DNA from: Fistulifera solaris
Taxonomy: Eukaryota
Length of the DNA: 64,000 nt
Reading direction: 5' to 3'
Assembly: GCA_030295235.1 (NCBI GenBank)
Contig: AP026144.1
Coordinates: 186,001-250,000, forward strand
The notes beneath the pieces were generated by a model that was given only the letters and a program-made list of their open reading frames with translations, did not search any database and had not been told where the DNA came from. The position numbers were made by a program, and so were the translations under genes. Numbering within the stretch: the first letter of the stretch is position 1; the number at the start of each line of letters is the position of its first letter. Positions 1-12,547 of the stretch are shown piece by piece.

Positions 1-302
1 GCATAGATGTTTTGGATGCGTGGACGACTTTTACATGCGTTATAGCCGAAACTAAGCCAGCAGAACATCAGGACCCGGATATTTGGAAAATGCAATCGAC
101 AATCGAAGCATAATTCTAGAGCGGTACTAAGTACACTTTTTGTATACGGAGTACATGTTTTCGATAGATCACACCGCGTTGACGAGATGCACGATACATG
201 ATACATGAGGCACTTCGAGTTGAAGGGAAAGCCAGCTAACGTTGTTCTTCATCGTTGAATGATCTAAAACACGCCATTCACTCGTTGATTGCCTAGTTGA
301 AC

Positions 303-838
303 ATGTCGAAACGCCTATTGAAGGTATGTGCGGGTTGTGGAGGACAAAAATGTTGAACCGCCTCGAGCGTGTCTGATTGCGTTACCTTGGTTCCTTTCTC
401 CCCTTGTTGCAGGAACGCCAAAAACTTGAGCAGACTCCGTTGAGCTACGTCAAGAACATTGATTTAGTGGGAGACGATTTATTCGTTTGGGATGTTACTC
501 TGAACGGCCCTCCGGATTCGCCATATCATGGGGGTAACTTCATTTTGCGCTTGGAGTTCCCCACTCAGTACCCTTTCAAGGCGCCGGTCCTCAAATTTCA
601 AACGCCAATTTATCATCCTTCGGTTTTGAAACAGACGGGTGAAGTATGCGGTGCTGTCCTGGGCCAATGGGGTCCTACCTTGACCGCTGAACACTGCTTG
701 CTGACAGTCTACAGCCTTCTTCAAGACCCTCAGCCAGATCATCCTCTGGAGGAAGATATTGCACAGCAGTTGGCGACTAATCGTAAAGAGTTTGAAAAAA
801 TTGCAAAAAAGATGACGAAAGAGCACGCGATGAAATAG
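303..838 (+). CDS. Ubiquitin-conjugating enzyme E2; join(303..323,413..838)
   Basis: Exon 1 MSKRLLK, GTATGT donor at 324, TTGCAG acceptor at 412. UBC motifs GPPDSPYHGG, FPTQYPFKAP, IYHPS and active-site GEVC. Confidence 0.92.
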
Positions 839-1934
839 GTCTAAAAAGGAGACGTTTTCTACGAAAATTTTGACCGACGAGGTCGCGCCTAAGACATCAT
901 GCGTACCTTAAACTTATTTGGTTATTAAGTTTTCTCATTGATTTCAAATTGATATTTACTGTTCAATTAAACGAAAATTTGGATGTGGCGTATTTGAGCT
1001 CGTCAAGGGCTTCGAAACATGTCACATTCGCTCAACAACGACGTACTCATCCACCAGTAGCTTGGTATCCGACTGCATCGTAGCTATTGCCCAAGCCACT
1101 CTTAGCATCGCCAGTACCACGATAGAACATCGTTTGGTTTTCAGCTGAATCAAAGCATGATTTGCACAGTTAGTTACAAAATTAAGAAAAAAATCATGAC
1201 ACACACTCGTCAATTCATATCATTTTTCTTGGCAATGTGACGGTCTACAATATTCGATAGATTCGACAGTTACCACTACAAGCACTGCTCTTTTAGGATA
1301 GGGAGAATCAATAGGTACAGACAATGAGAAATAAAATCATCATCACCTAGTAAATACACATAAGGGACCAAGATCTGACAAGATCGGAACGAATAATAAC
1401 GAAAACCTAACCCTATTGTTTTTTGGCTTTCGCATCTATTTACTCATAGCTAAAACTACAGTTCTTTCTAAGTGGGCCGATGATATTGGCAAAATTGTAT
1501 ACTCGACTACTTAATCATTTAGTGTTCTTTTCGAAGCCTCGCAAATAAAAGATCACGCTGATAGTATTACTCGATCCGGTACTGGATTTCCATTGTAATC
1601 ATTCATTTAGAGGACTCAACGCACAAGAAAGCCTTCGCTCACATTTTTAGTGAGTCGCTAATTCATTTTCAGCGGAAGGAGAAAACAACCAAACTCGGAT
1701 GCACCTATTCGAAGTAAAAGTAACTGCAACCCATTGAATCCAATATTCGACGGGGAGAGATTGCGACCATTGAAAGTGACACACACTGCAGTTAGAAACA
1801 TATAACCATCGTTGCTCTGACTATTCGCATCCAGAATCTGTCTCTTGAATCGATTGTCTACCACAAACAAAGGTAGACAGTCAAAGAAAGATTTAAAAAT
1901 CGCCTCTCCGCTCAGTTATATCTTGCAGGCAGCA

Positions 1935-3205
1935 ATGGGTCAATGCTCAACGCTGCCTGCGGAGACTCGTCATTCTCCGTCTGGTCACGTTGCCCAACCC
2001 GCCTTTTCTCCCGTTAGCAGTATGCAGCGAGAAGACAAAAAGAAGCAGCGGCTCAGCGAAGGGGGGCCGACGTGGAAACATGGACTTCAATGCTATTGTA
2101 CCCCAACCAAGAGTAGCTCATGGCACCGTTGGCCAATTTCGTGTTCAGTCAAAGGAAGCCGACAGACAATCGAACGGTGATGACAACGAGGATAACATGG
2201 ACATCGATACGCGAGACGAGGCTCCCATAATGATTTCGGCTCTCCCAGAAGGTGCGGTAAAGACTCGTTGCTACAAGTTAAACCTGAATTCGGAAATAAC
2301 ACATGAAACAAGCCCTGCCAAGCAACAAACTTGTCTTGGACCGTTCAGTGAGCCTCCGCCATTCTTAACATACAGCTCTTCCGAAGATTCATCCCAGGAT
2401 GTAGATATGACTGAAGTGGCAATCAAAACGGCCCAAATTTTTCGAGGAATTACTGTTGGCCGTGACGGGACAATCCTTTCACAAAATGCCAGGGCTACGC
2501 GCAGCAATAGAGGCGCTAAAACAAAACGAGGTGAAAAATCTCGCCAAGCAGTGAAGATTGATAAAGCCAATGACTTGGTCGAAGAAGCTGTTATGAACGC
2601 CCTAGAGACCGATGAGCCTGTGAATATGGTTTCGCTGATCATTGTTGGAGAATACGACGACATGAAGCAGCTCGTTCGTGACGGATCGAAAAAAACTCCG
2701 CGACGCTGAAGGGCTTCCTGATGAGGCACTTTTGGCCATAAACCGACCCAGACCTGGATCATTTGTTACTAAGAATCGATCAAAAGTATCGACCTCGAGT
2801 CATTCCTCACGGAAACGAAATTCCGTCTCTCCTAACTATGTGAATGGCCAAAGGACAGCCGCTATGCAGAGTCTAGAAAACGAGCAAATCACGGTTTCGC
2901 CGCATCCGCTTTCTCCACCAAAGCTGAAGAGCCATCCACGTGATACACGGCCTGCTCGCCGTGAATACCGAGCGAATATGAGGATGCGCCTTGAAGCTTG
3001 CAGCGACTTCATGGATCCGCGACACTCGAGCATGCCAGGGCACAATGACTGGAGTCAGGCATGGAATATATGGAACTGTGTGGGAAGCGGAGCTGTAAGT
3101 CCTTTGCAGCAAACTGCCCCCAACGAAAATTTTGTGGTATACGAAGGCAGAGATGCGAGTTACGGTACTGCAAGAGAAGGGGGAGTAACGGGACGCGCTA
3201 ACTAG
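1935..3205 (+). CDS. Hypothetical protein with N-terminal MGQCS (possible myristoylation/palmitoylation), split by two frameshifts
   Basis: Three overlapping + ORFs (1845, 1990, 2678) join at the G6 run at 2061 and the A7 run at 2689-2695. A possible 5'UTR intron lies at about 1873-1928. Confidence 0.6.
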
Positions 3206-3317
3206 ATTCATTCCCTACTCGTCGCAGCTAGAGTTGAAAAAGCTGCTATAAAACATAAAATACACTTTGCAAAAAATTCTGATTTCTTCTTGCTGGTACA
3301 CAATTTGAAAATTGTTA

Positions 3318-5261
3318 TTAGCTTCGTTTAATTTCATCGAGCCGTTGCCTTAGTAGCTCCACTTCTCGCTCAGTTTGGGCAAATTCTTGCGAGGTCATCA
3401 TAAATCTTACCCTCGACTGCTCTAATTCTTCATGAAGTCGCCAATAGCGAAAAGAAACGTCAGTTACTTCTCGAGAGGAATTGAATTGTAATTCGGTTTC
3501 TTCGCATTGATATTTTTCACCCTTAACGCACATGGTCGTGTTCTCGGACAAATCCAGATCTTTGACGTCGATATAACATGACGCGAGTGGTATTGTCGAC
3601 ATATTAAAGTCGATATCCTTGAGATGCTCGTTAGGATGTTTCAGAAAGTCTGCGATATCCATTCGGTCAAAGTCGTCAAGGACTGCTTTCATTTCCTCAA
3701 AATGTACCTCCAAAGTGGGGTCGTTCAATTGATCAGGCATGGAGGATGGCCCCTGTTTCTCGTCAAATTGTCTGCATTTTGAGGCAACTTCGTTCTTTCT
3801 TTGGCGAGGAGACGTCCTCTTAGAAGGCGGGCTTCTGCATGATCTTTCCTTGTCATTGTTCTCAGCTACCAGACTTTCTTGGGCGGTCCGTCTCTCTTGT
3901 CTCTCTTCCTTGGGAGAAGAAGGCGGAGAAAAAGCAACTTCCACCATCTGAGTTGCTAGAGTTTCCTTCAACGAACACCGACTTGGTTTCTCACGGGAAG
4001 ACGAGCGTGTGAACAGTCTCAGCTCCTTCTCCGTCTGTATATACTTTTCTTCCTTTGGTGTTCGGCTCAACTTGGCTTCTTCGCTTTCAACGAGTGTTTC
4101 TGTACGTTTGGGGACCGTACCAAGTATATGTTGTTCTTCTTTGGATGGGCCGCTATGTTCATCGGTTTTGTCTTCGGTAGAATCAAACGCGCAAGGAAAT
4201 TCGGTTACAGTCAAGAAAAGTGTTTCCTCTTCTTCTTCTATCCTAGCGCTGTGAGCAATCAAGTCTTCCTTACTTCTTTCGGATGGGTGTGACATTGTTT
4301 TGTAAATTGGGTCAGTTTCCGCTTGAGTGCTCGGCAGATCAAGTGAATCGGAAACGTCCGTAGACTCGTTATCTGATGAGGAGTCACTCATTCGGTAATG
4401 ATCATTACTCCGCCTTTTAGAATCATGAGCGAATTCTTTTGACTGCACCGCCTGGCAAATAACTTCAGGAACAAATTCGCCCAGGTTAAGCTGATTGAAC
4501 GAATCCTGCAATTCCGAAGAATGGACTACTTGAATCGTCGCTGTTACTTTCGTTTTCAAGCTGTCATGGGCGATGGTATCGACTCGCGAGTTTTCCTTCG
4601 CCTTTCGAGTTTTTTTTAACAAATGATTTGAGAAGCGTCTTACTTTTCGGCGGAGAATCGATTTCTGGTTTAACTGCCGTTGCGGAGTTTTGACTTTGCT
4701 GTGATTCCGCAACGGCAGCGAAATTGACCTTGATTTCCCCTATGTGTTTTACTTTGCTACTGCCCTTTGGACTCCGCTCCACAGGTTTTACTGCCCCAAA
4801 AATCTCTCCGAAATGGTTCTCTTCACGAAGCTTTTCTTTGGCGAACAGGGTTTCTCTCCTGCCGCTATCGGCGTCCCCCCGCGTAATTTTTCTCGAATGG
4901 TGCGGCGAGGAGACACATTCTTGTCCCGATCGATGTGAGATACACGACCTCTCTGTGTTGTTTTGGGGGATTCAGGATGATCATGATGATCAGATCCGTC
5001 GATGTAAATGTCGTATGTTTCTTCTATTTGTGTTGTTGCAGTTTTAGAAGTATTTTGGTTTGACACCGCTGCAGCGTCTAAAGAGATTCCACTGCATTCC
5101 TCCGCTGAATCGCTCGCTGGCTGCTCCTCTTCCGGATCGTTATCATTTAGAATGCCGTCGATTGAACCATCCAGCTTCGAACTGCTGTGCAACAAGCTTC
5201 GGTCATCCTCGGCCTTGCCGAAAATGTTCATAAAATTCGGTTTCTTCCGAAAGCGCGACAT
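3318..5261 (-). CDS. Low-complexity hypothetical protein with C-terminal coiled coil, split by two frameshifts
   Basis: ORFs 4788..5261, 4564..4782 and 3318..4712 are collinear with junctions at homopolymer runs. Ser/Glu/Lys-rich; C-terminus LHEELEQSR...LRQRLDEIKRS. Confidence 0.6.
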
Positions 5262-5834
5262 GATGCTAGCAAACTATCTTCGCACTATAGAAGAATCCAT
5301 TTAGGTTTTCCTCACTTCGCGACAGATGCTTTTATGAAAAGAGGATGTGTTCGACAGCACCATGTGAATGCACTTTTAGGATCAAGAAGAATGCACTTTG
5401 GTGTTTATTTATTGTTTGTCCTCTCGAGCTCCGCCGCTCAATCAGATATCTAAATGTAAAACGTCTATGTACAGGAACAATTATCAGTTTTGTACGGAGT
5501 CCCTTTACGACGATATGACTTTGTTCAGATACGAATCGAAATTGAGTCACAGGTCACGGTCACTCTGATCAAGTTTACTAATTGGAAAAGTTCCTACTTC
5601 TGTCGCATTCTGTTCCCTTCCAGCTTTTATTGGGAACACCTCAACAAAGGAACAAGGAAATTCAAAGTGAATGCGATAGAAATAAATGAGAGATCATAAA
5701 GCTCGCGGGCATCATGGCGAAAAGAAAACGTGCAATTTGTTTATTATTCTCATTTGAAAGCGAAAAGTCTATTGCGCAGGGGTCAGCAAGTCTCGCAAGC
5801 CAATAGTTCCATTTACGGCTACATAATTTAAAGC

Positions 5835-6311
5835 ATGGAGGTAGAGAGTCGCTGTGATGCAAGCAGCGAAGATACCGCTTTCGGATCCGACGGCCCGGTA
5901 ATTCTGTACGAGTTCATTGGATTAGACGTGCTGGGGGAATGCGATAACACCGATGGATACGGAAGTGACTCATCTTACTGCTCCTACTGCAACGACTCGG
6001 TGAAACTATCCAAAGTCCCGAAGAAAGTGGTCCAGCAGCGAGAACGGCGGCGCTCGTCCATGAACGGAGGCGTTCGTTACTCCGCTTCGGCTACGGGCGA
6101 GATGCCGAGATCTGCCTCTGTCGACGAGATGATGCGCTGGCTTAATATGGGCAGCGACAACATCAATGTGCAATCCAATTTCAGTCTTGCAGTGACGAAA
6201 TTGACTCCACTCAAGAGTTTCGACGGAAGCGGCGGGCAGTTGACTCGCTCCTTTTCGAACGAGGTGCTATCTTCCCAGGCTGTCGCGGGAGGTGCCGGCC
6301 GAGCCGCTTAG
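5835..6311 (+). CDS. Hypothetical protein, 158 aa
   Basis: Clean ATG-stop ORF between AT-richer intergenic spacers; no domain recognised. Confidence 0.55.
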   Translation: MEVESRCDASSEDTAFGSDGPVILYEFIGLDVLGECDNTDGYGSDSSYCSYCNDSVKLSKVPKKVVQQRERRRSSMNGGVRYSASATGEMPRSASVDEMMRWLNMGSDNINVQSNFSLAVTKLTPLKSFDGSGGQLTRSFSNEVLSSQAVAGGAGRAA

Positions 6312-6474
6312 ATGTGAATCATTTCAAATTTTTCCTGTGATTCCAGGTACTCATCGCTCATCGCTACTCAAGATATCTACTGCAGAAACCCCTAAAAATA
6401 TGAATAGGTTTCAATTATTATAGTAATAGATAGTTGAAATGCTTCTCCAACGACTTGCTTAGGCTGAATTACTC

Positions 6475-9080
6475 ATGACTAGATTTGGTCGTGAGTCAAG
6501 CGAGCTTTTCCGCGTCACAAGTACCGGTACGAGTTTTCTAGAAACGATCTTGTTTTGCATCTTGTTTGCACTTTCTCCTTCACGCGTCCTCGCGGTCCTC
6601 TTCGTTCGATTACAACACTGTTTCGTCACAACAAAAGGAAAGAAAGCGGAAGCATTTGACTATTCTGGAAATCAAAAGGAGCAAGGGGGTCTTTCACCAT
6701 GCACCAATGATTACGAGAGAGATTCAAGAAAACAGTGTCGCGGCGCCAGATTCCGAGAACGTCGAAACTCCGCACGGCATTGTCATCGATGAATGGTCGT
6801 CGGCTTTTACGATTGCTTCCAGTAAGAATTCCTCGTGGCCCGTATCCAGCAGTTGTCGTCAAGCTCTGCATCTTTTCCTTCTTTCGAGGGACTATGACGC
6901 GCTGGCAGCCCTATCGATTGCTGTCGAAGCTTCAAGTCACCCTTCCGGCTTGACTTCGTTGCAGTCGCAACCATGGGTATACAGTGGCGGGGGATTGGGA
7001 AATAAAGACGAGTGCTTGTCGATCCAGTTTAATGAACACGATAAAATTCCATTTCATAGCTGTTTTTCGGGCTTGGCGACGAATCGCGCAGCCAGCTTGC
7101 CGTTTGCGAGCCTTTGTATACCGGCGAATTGCACGGCCCTGGATTTGGCCTCGCATCAAATGCTTCCAATACTGCAGCATTATCTCGTATATCCCCAAAC
7201 GACAAAGTGGTTGCAGGATTCTCAGCAACTCAGAGATGAATACGTCACAGTAGTGGAGCGAGTTCATGATATTAATAGCTTTCTGGGGACTGGGTGGGTC
7301 TGCGGGGAGTTCCAAATGCCTTGGAATCCTCTGGCTGTTGCACCGTTCGCCTTCTTATGTATATTGCTATTGCTTTGTGTGGCACGCGCGACTTGGAAGA
7401 GGCACAGTATGGGCAATGAAACATCGGTGTATCGCAGCGGTGAGCTAAGCCGTCTCATCGTGAAAACGAAAAGCTTTGAAACTGGAAATGAAGAAGACGA
7501 GATTCGTGATACCGAGGATGCAGAAACCACTACGATGCTAACGCATTATAATGCCACTCCGCATCATTGCGCCAAACGTGTGATGACACCGTCAACGACG
7601 AGTGAATACAGCATTGATTCCAGCGAGCAAAATGACAATGAATGCATGGATACAGACGCCCTTTCCCAGACCCGTCATGATCATTTTCATTGGCACTGGT
7701 CGTGCGCTTTTGACTTGAAATCAAACTTGCAGAAACTTGTTTCCGTACGTGATGACCGCACCAATTGCTTGGATGGTCTCAGAGTCGGTAGTTTATTATG
7801 GATTCTGCTCGGTCATGTCATGGCCATTGAAAGTAGTACCGGTGCCGGCTACTCCAACCCTGCAGCCTTTTTACCACCTAGCGGCTGGACCACAACCATC
7901 ACCGGGCAGTTACTCTTTAGTTCGCGGATGGCTGTTGACACCTTCTTTTGTATTAGCGGATTTCTCCTAGTTCATAATCTCGATCGGAAAATGAATTGGG
8001 GCAAGCAAAACTGGGGAACGGTCGTTTGTGGCATATACCCCATATTTATTATTTCACGTGCTGTGCGAATACTACCCATTTATTCGTTCTGCTTATGGTT
8101 TTACATGTTTATAGCTCCGCATCTCGGCAGCGGCCCCTTCTGGTATCAGTGGCAAGGGCTGTTGATGCCTTGTCAAGGTTTCCATTGGGTCCGCAATCTG
8201 CTCTTTTCGAACAATTTGATTGATGGACCTATTACTGAAACCTGCTTCTACCACTCTTGGTATCTAGCTGTTGATATGCAGTTGTACGCTTTCTGCTCGC
8301 TCTTATTGCTGGGTACGTACAATCATGATTCACATCGATACTACAGATATCGAGTACAGATGATTGCGGCTCTTTTCATGGTATCATTTTGGTGGACGGC
8401 ATATTGCACGTGGACTCGGGGATGGAGTATAAACACTTTCGATGGTGTTGCAGTTGTACGATACGACGTCGAGGGATATGCGAATCCGCTGGTCCGTGCG
8501 CAGTCTTATCTTGCAGGCATGATGGTTGCGTGCTGCGTGTCGGTCAATGGCAGCGGGAATCAGACCATCAACAGGAGTCGTCGGCGGAACATTTTACTTC
8601 TAGTGGCTCTCGCGGTGATGACTTTTGTGGTATTTATCACTGCTGCTGGAGCGTACGCTCAGCGACCTTGTCAGTACAATGAATGGCCCCGCCACGGACG
8701 ATGTGGATCGACTTGGTCGCCCTTCGTCACGTTCCTTTACACCGCATTCAGCAGAACGATGTGGATTACTGGATTGTGTGTTGTCATTTATTCATGCATC
8801 ACCGACATCTCTTTTCACGATGAAAGCAATATGGTCACTTCATTCTTGTCCTGGAAGGTATGGACCTTTCTTTCTAATTTATCTTTCGGGGCATACTTGA
8901 TACATCCTATTGTAATATTCATCTGGCAACTAGGGGGGGCGACAAAAGGCAATCTTTAGCTTGCTCTCTTTCAGCTTGACTAACTTCAGCATCGCGGTTG
9001 TTAGTTTCGTTGCCTCTCTTATCGTGGCTCTACTTGTCGAATTGCCCGCTGCGCAATTATGGCAAAGGTTAATCTCGTAG
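6475..9080 (+). CDS. Acyltransferase-3 family, NRF-6-like multi-pass membrane O-acyltransferase (start uncertain)
   Basis: CIPANC (NRF domain), LDGLRV...WILLGH, AVDTFFCISG, SWYLAVDMQL, LSFGAYLIHP. After a frameshift near the G run at ~8933 the frame continues to LVELP and a TAG at 9078-9080. Confidence 0.85.
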
Positions 9081-9228
9081 TGCGCAACACGATCTACAAA
9101 GAGGCTCAAGTTTCTCTCACGTTAAGCATGCTCGTTGAATAAAAATAGGTGAAGCAGCATCTCTTAATTACCAACACGATTTGAGTGCTAAATGTCCAGC
9201 ATTTATTACTTCGATATGATATAAGTGA

Positions 9229-10206
9229 TCATTGTTCGCAATCGGGAACGATAGTGCGTTTCCGTTGAAGGACGGGCAACGATCTCCCTTCTTTCTTCGT
9301 CGGCAGACTTGCAGTCTTTCGGTCGTTAGATGATTCTTTGGCGTATTTACGATTGTTCAAAATGATCAATTGGTTGTCAATTGCCTGGATTTCCTGCTTG
9401 AGTGTCCGAATGTTTGACTCTAGCTGACGTTGCGCCTGTTTGATCGATTGTTTGTACGGGGGCGATATACGGGCAATCTCCGCCAACAGATTATGATTCT
9501 CAGCACGTATCTTGGCTGCTCTTTCTATATCTTTCTTGGTATCTTTTTGGACCCGCTCCATTGCTGCTAAGCATTTCTTGATTCCGGCTTCTAAACGTTC
9601 GATTTCTTCCTCTTGCTTTTCGGCTTCGGACTTTTCCGCCTCATGGATACATATATTTATCATGTGCATACTCAAATCATCCACTCGAAGCTTACTTATG
9701 CGAGTAGGTGTTACCGTCTTCTTTTCAGTCCGAAATTGAATTCTCCGTTCTTTGGGTCTCATTTGTGCAATGCCCAACTTGTGTTCTTGAATCTGTTTCA
9801 GTGTTTCCGGCCCAATCCGCTCTTCTTTCTCTAGTTTCGCGCTATCATTCAGTGACCTTTCGGAAAGTGCTCCTTTGATAGATTCCAACATTCTCTTTCG
9901 CGTTTTGGGTGTGGTCGATTGCAGAAATCTCCTTGGGCTTATTTTGCCATCGGAGCGTCCCGTCGGAGACCGCAACGACCCGAAGGAGAGCGATTGAAAG
10001 GAACCATCATTGTGATTACTCATGTTATATTGCCGTACTCGCTTGTGTCCTCGCGGATAGCGTACATTGCATCGGGTAGGACTGTTTTTGGGCGACTGCA
10101 GATGCGACAAACTCAATGTGCTCGTCGATTCACCGAACACGGCTTCACTCGAAGCCACCGAGAACATTGATGAGTCGACTAATTTGCTTCTGTGACGATC
10201 TAGCAT
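9229..10206 (-). CDS. Coiled-coil hypothetical protein, 325 aa
   Basis: Long ATG ORF with a Ser-rich N-terminus and heptad-like charged C-terminal half. Confidence 0.6.
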   Translation of the reverse strand: MLDRHRSKLVDSSMFSVASSEAVFGESTSTLSLSHLQSPKNSPTRCNVRYPRGHKRVRQYNMSNHNDGSFQSLSFGSLRSPTGRSDGKISPRRFLQSTTPKTRKRMLESIKGALSERSLNDSAKLEKEERIGPETLKQIQEHKLGIAQMRPKERRIQFRTEKKTVTPTRISKLRVDDLSMHMINICIHEAEKSEAEKQEEEIERLEAGIKKCLAAMERVQKDTKKDIERAAKIRAENHNLLAEIARISPPYKQSIKQAQRQLESNIRTLKQEIQAIDNQLIILNNRKYAKESSNDRKTASLPTKKEGRSLPVLQRKRTIVPDCEQ

Positions 10207-10811
10207 GATTGTGAAAGAAAGCTATCGTCACCCGGGTATTAGTAATGGAGAAACAAATATAGTTCATTTCAAGTTGTTTGTTGTGTTTCACAAGATTTTG
10301 CAAATGCGGGTTTACGAGCTCATTTCAAGCCAAAAAAGACCGTGCGGGAAACCAGAGAGAAGGAGTTTTTGGACTCTTTGGGTGAAAGATAAGCCCCCAA
10401 GATTGTCAGTCTTACTGGACACGGGAACCGTTCCACTTCTTCGGTTATAGTGCTGAAAAGCGAGCATCTGATATAGGCTGGATAGGTTCAGTACTCTTGT
10501 TTCTTGTCCTCATCAAATAATATACACTGCAGACGGGAACCTTTTTCTTCTTTCCACGTTAGTGTCGGAAGTGTGAACAGAAAAGTACATCAGTTTTCCG
10601 TTGAAATCGGCGAGCGATCCGGAGTATGCGGAGTCTTGCCGTACCCCAAGGCCGCCAAACGGAACATGAGAGGAGTTTTCTTTTCGTGTCTCTCGGCTTT
10701 CTTGATCTTGGCGACATCTCAGGAATATACAAAAGTATTGTCTCGAAACTACGTCGTTGGCACTGCTTTGAACAACCGTTTTCATCCCCAACCGCTGAAG
10801 AATTATACACA

Positions 10812-12023
10812 ATGGGATGCGGAGGTTCCAAAGAAACGGGGGCGGTTGCTCCCAGTAAAAAGAGTGCCCCTCCATCCGAGGTAGGTCACTTACGATAGAT
10901 GCATTCGATGAACAGATAATGATATCCTCCGGAATCATTTTCTTATCGTGTTTCGTACCTTATCTTCTCCCGTTTTAGTCCAAAGATCAAGCAACAGGTA
11001 CTAATTTTGGCAAACAATACCGTCTGGGAAAAGAGGTACGTGTTTGTAAGAGCAAGCGTCTCGGTATCTTTCTGCAGCACAATCATCCTGACACAACAAC
11101 AATAGCTGGGCTCGGGAGCCTTTTCGACAGTTAAAGAAGGATTTCATAAAGAAACAAAGGCAGAGTATGCAGTGAAAATTGTGACAAAGTCCAAATTGAC
11201 CTATGAGGATGAAGCCGCCCTCAAAGATGAAATTTCGGTGCTCAAGGAACTGAACCATCCCAACATTATTCGGCTGTACGATGTCTTTGAAGAGAAGGAC
11301 TACTACTTTTTAGTCACGGAAAAAATGATGGGAGGGGAGCTCTTTGATCGAATCGTTCAGAAATCATATTACAATGAAAAAGAGGCTCGTGATACGGCAC
11401 TAGTGCTCTTTCAGGCGATCAGCTACTGCCATCAGAAGAAGATAGCACACCGCGACCTTAAACCGGAGAACCTTTTGCTGACATCCACCGACAGTGATTC
11501 CAATATTAAGATTGCTGATTTTGGGTTCGCGAAAAAGTGTCCCAAGCCGAATAGCTTGACGACACAATGCGGAACGCCTGGATACGTCGCTCCGGAAATT
11601 TTGGAAGGTACGCCGTACGATATGCAAGCAGATATGTGGAGTTTGGGTGTCATAGTGTACATCATTTTAGGCGGCTATCCGCCGTTTATGGAGCAGAATC
11701 AAAGGGAGCTTTTCCGTAAGATTCGAAAAGGGCAATATCAATTCCATGTCGAATATTGGGGACAAGTATCAGAAGATGCCAAAGATTTGATTCGATCTCT
11801 TCTCGTTGTGAAGCCCAGTGCGCGGTATACCGCCACACATGCACTCAACAACAAATGGATCACCGGCGATGCCAACTCATTGAAAGAGCACGATCTTGCT
11901 GATAATCTCAAGAAGTTGAAGGCGTTCAACGCCAAACGCAAAATGAAGGCAGCTGTCAAGGCAGTAATGGCGACGCAGAAACTGAACTCTTTGGGGGTCA
12001 ACTTGAAGGAGATGTTGGATTGA
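10812..12023 (+). CDS. Ca2+/calmodulin-dependent-like Ser/Thr protein kinase; join(10812..10880,10979..11035,11106..12023)
   Basis: MGCGGSK acylation start; two GT-AG introns keep frame. LGSGAFSTV, YAVKI, HRDLKPEN, DFG, CGTPGYVAPE, and CaMK-type tail LKAFNAKRKMKAAVKAV. Confidence 0.93.
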
Positions 12024-12181
12024 AAGGCTGTTTCATGTGGTCTAGACTAAATTTAGTTTTGTTGAAGATTCATTATCGCTCCATTCTTGTTATTTTCAGC
12101 ACCGCCGCCGGATGCGACTTTTCTTTTCGAATCGAGAAATAGACAAAGCAACGATAGATATCTTCATTTTATTTGCTTATT

Positions 12182-12547
12182 TTATTTCATGTCTTCTTCA
12201 TGATCGCGGATGAATTTGATATATCTGCTTAGATCATTTAATTGCTTGACAGATCGTGCATGCTCCTTCCTGGAGTTGATTCGACGCTTTTGTTCGGTGG
12301 GTTTGATGTGCTCCTCTTGCGCCACGTGGCGTTTGTGAAGAGAGACTTTTTGGTACGTTTCGGGCTCTCGAAATTGATGAATCAGAGTATCCCAATCTTC
12401 GTATTTGAATTCCTTCTTTTCCTTATCGTATCTTTTGCCCAAAACCATTTGCCAATTGTGACGCACTGTAGCGATAGGTGACATTACTGTCCGCGACGAT
12501 GTTGCCCTTTCGCTGACCTTGGCAGCATTTATCAATACAGCTCTCAT
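12182..12547 (-). CDS. Probable organellar (mitochondrial) ribosomal protein bS21-like
   Basis: RHVAQEEHIKPTEQKRR resembles the bS21 signature (R..YEKP.EKR); basic N-terminal presequence-like region. Confidence 0.55.
   Translation of the reverse strand: MRAVLINAAKVSERATSSRTVMSPIATVRHNWQMVLGKRYDKEKKEFKYEDWDTLIHQFREPETYQKVSLHKRHVAQEEHIKPTEQKRRINSRKEHARSVKQLNDLSRYIKFIRDHEEDMK

Noticed and set aside
10504..10884. Signal-peptide-like ORF upstream of the kinase
   Set aside because: The MGCGGSK start at 10812 in another frame splices cleanly into the kinase domain.
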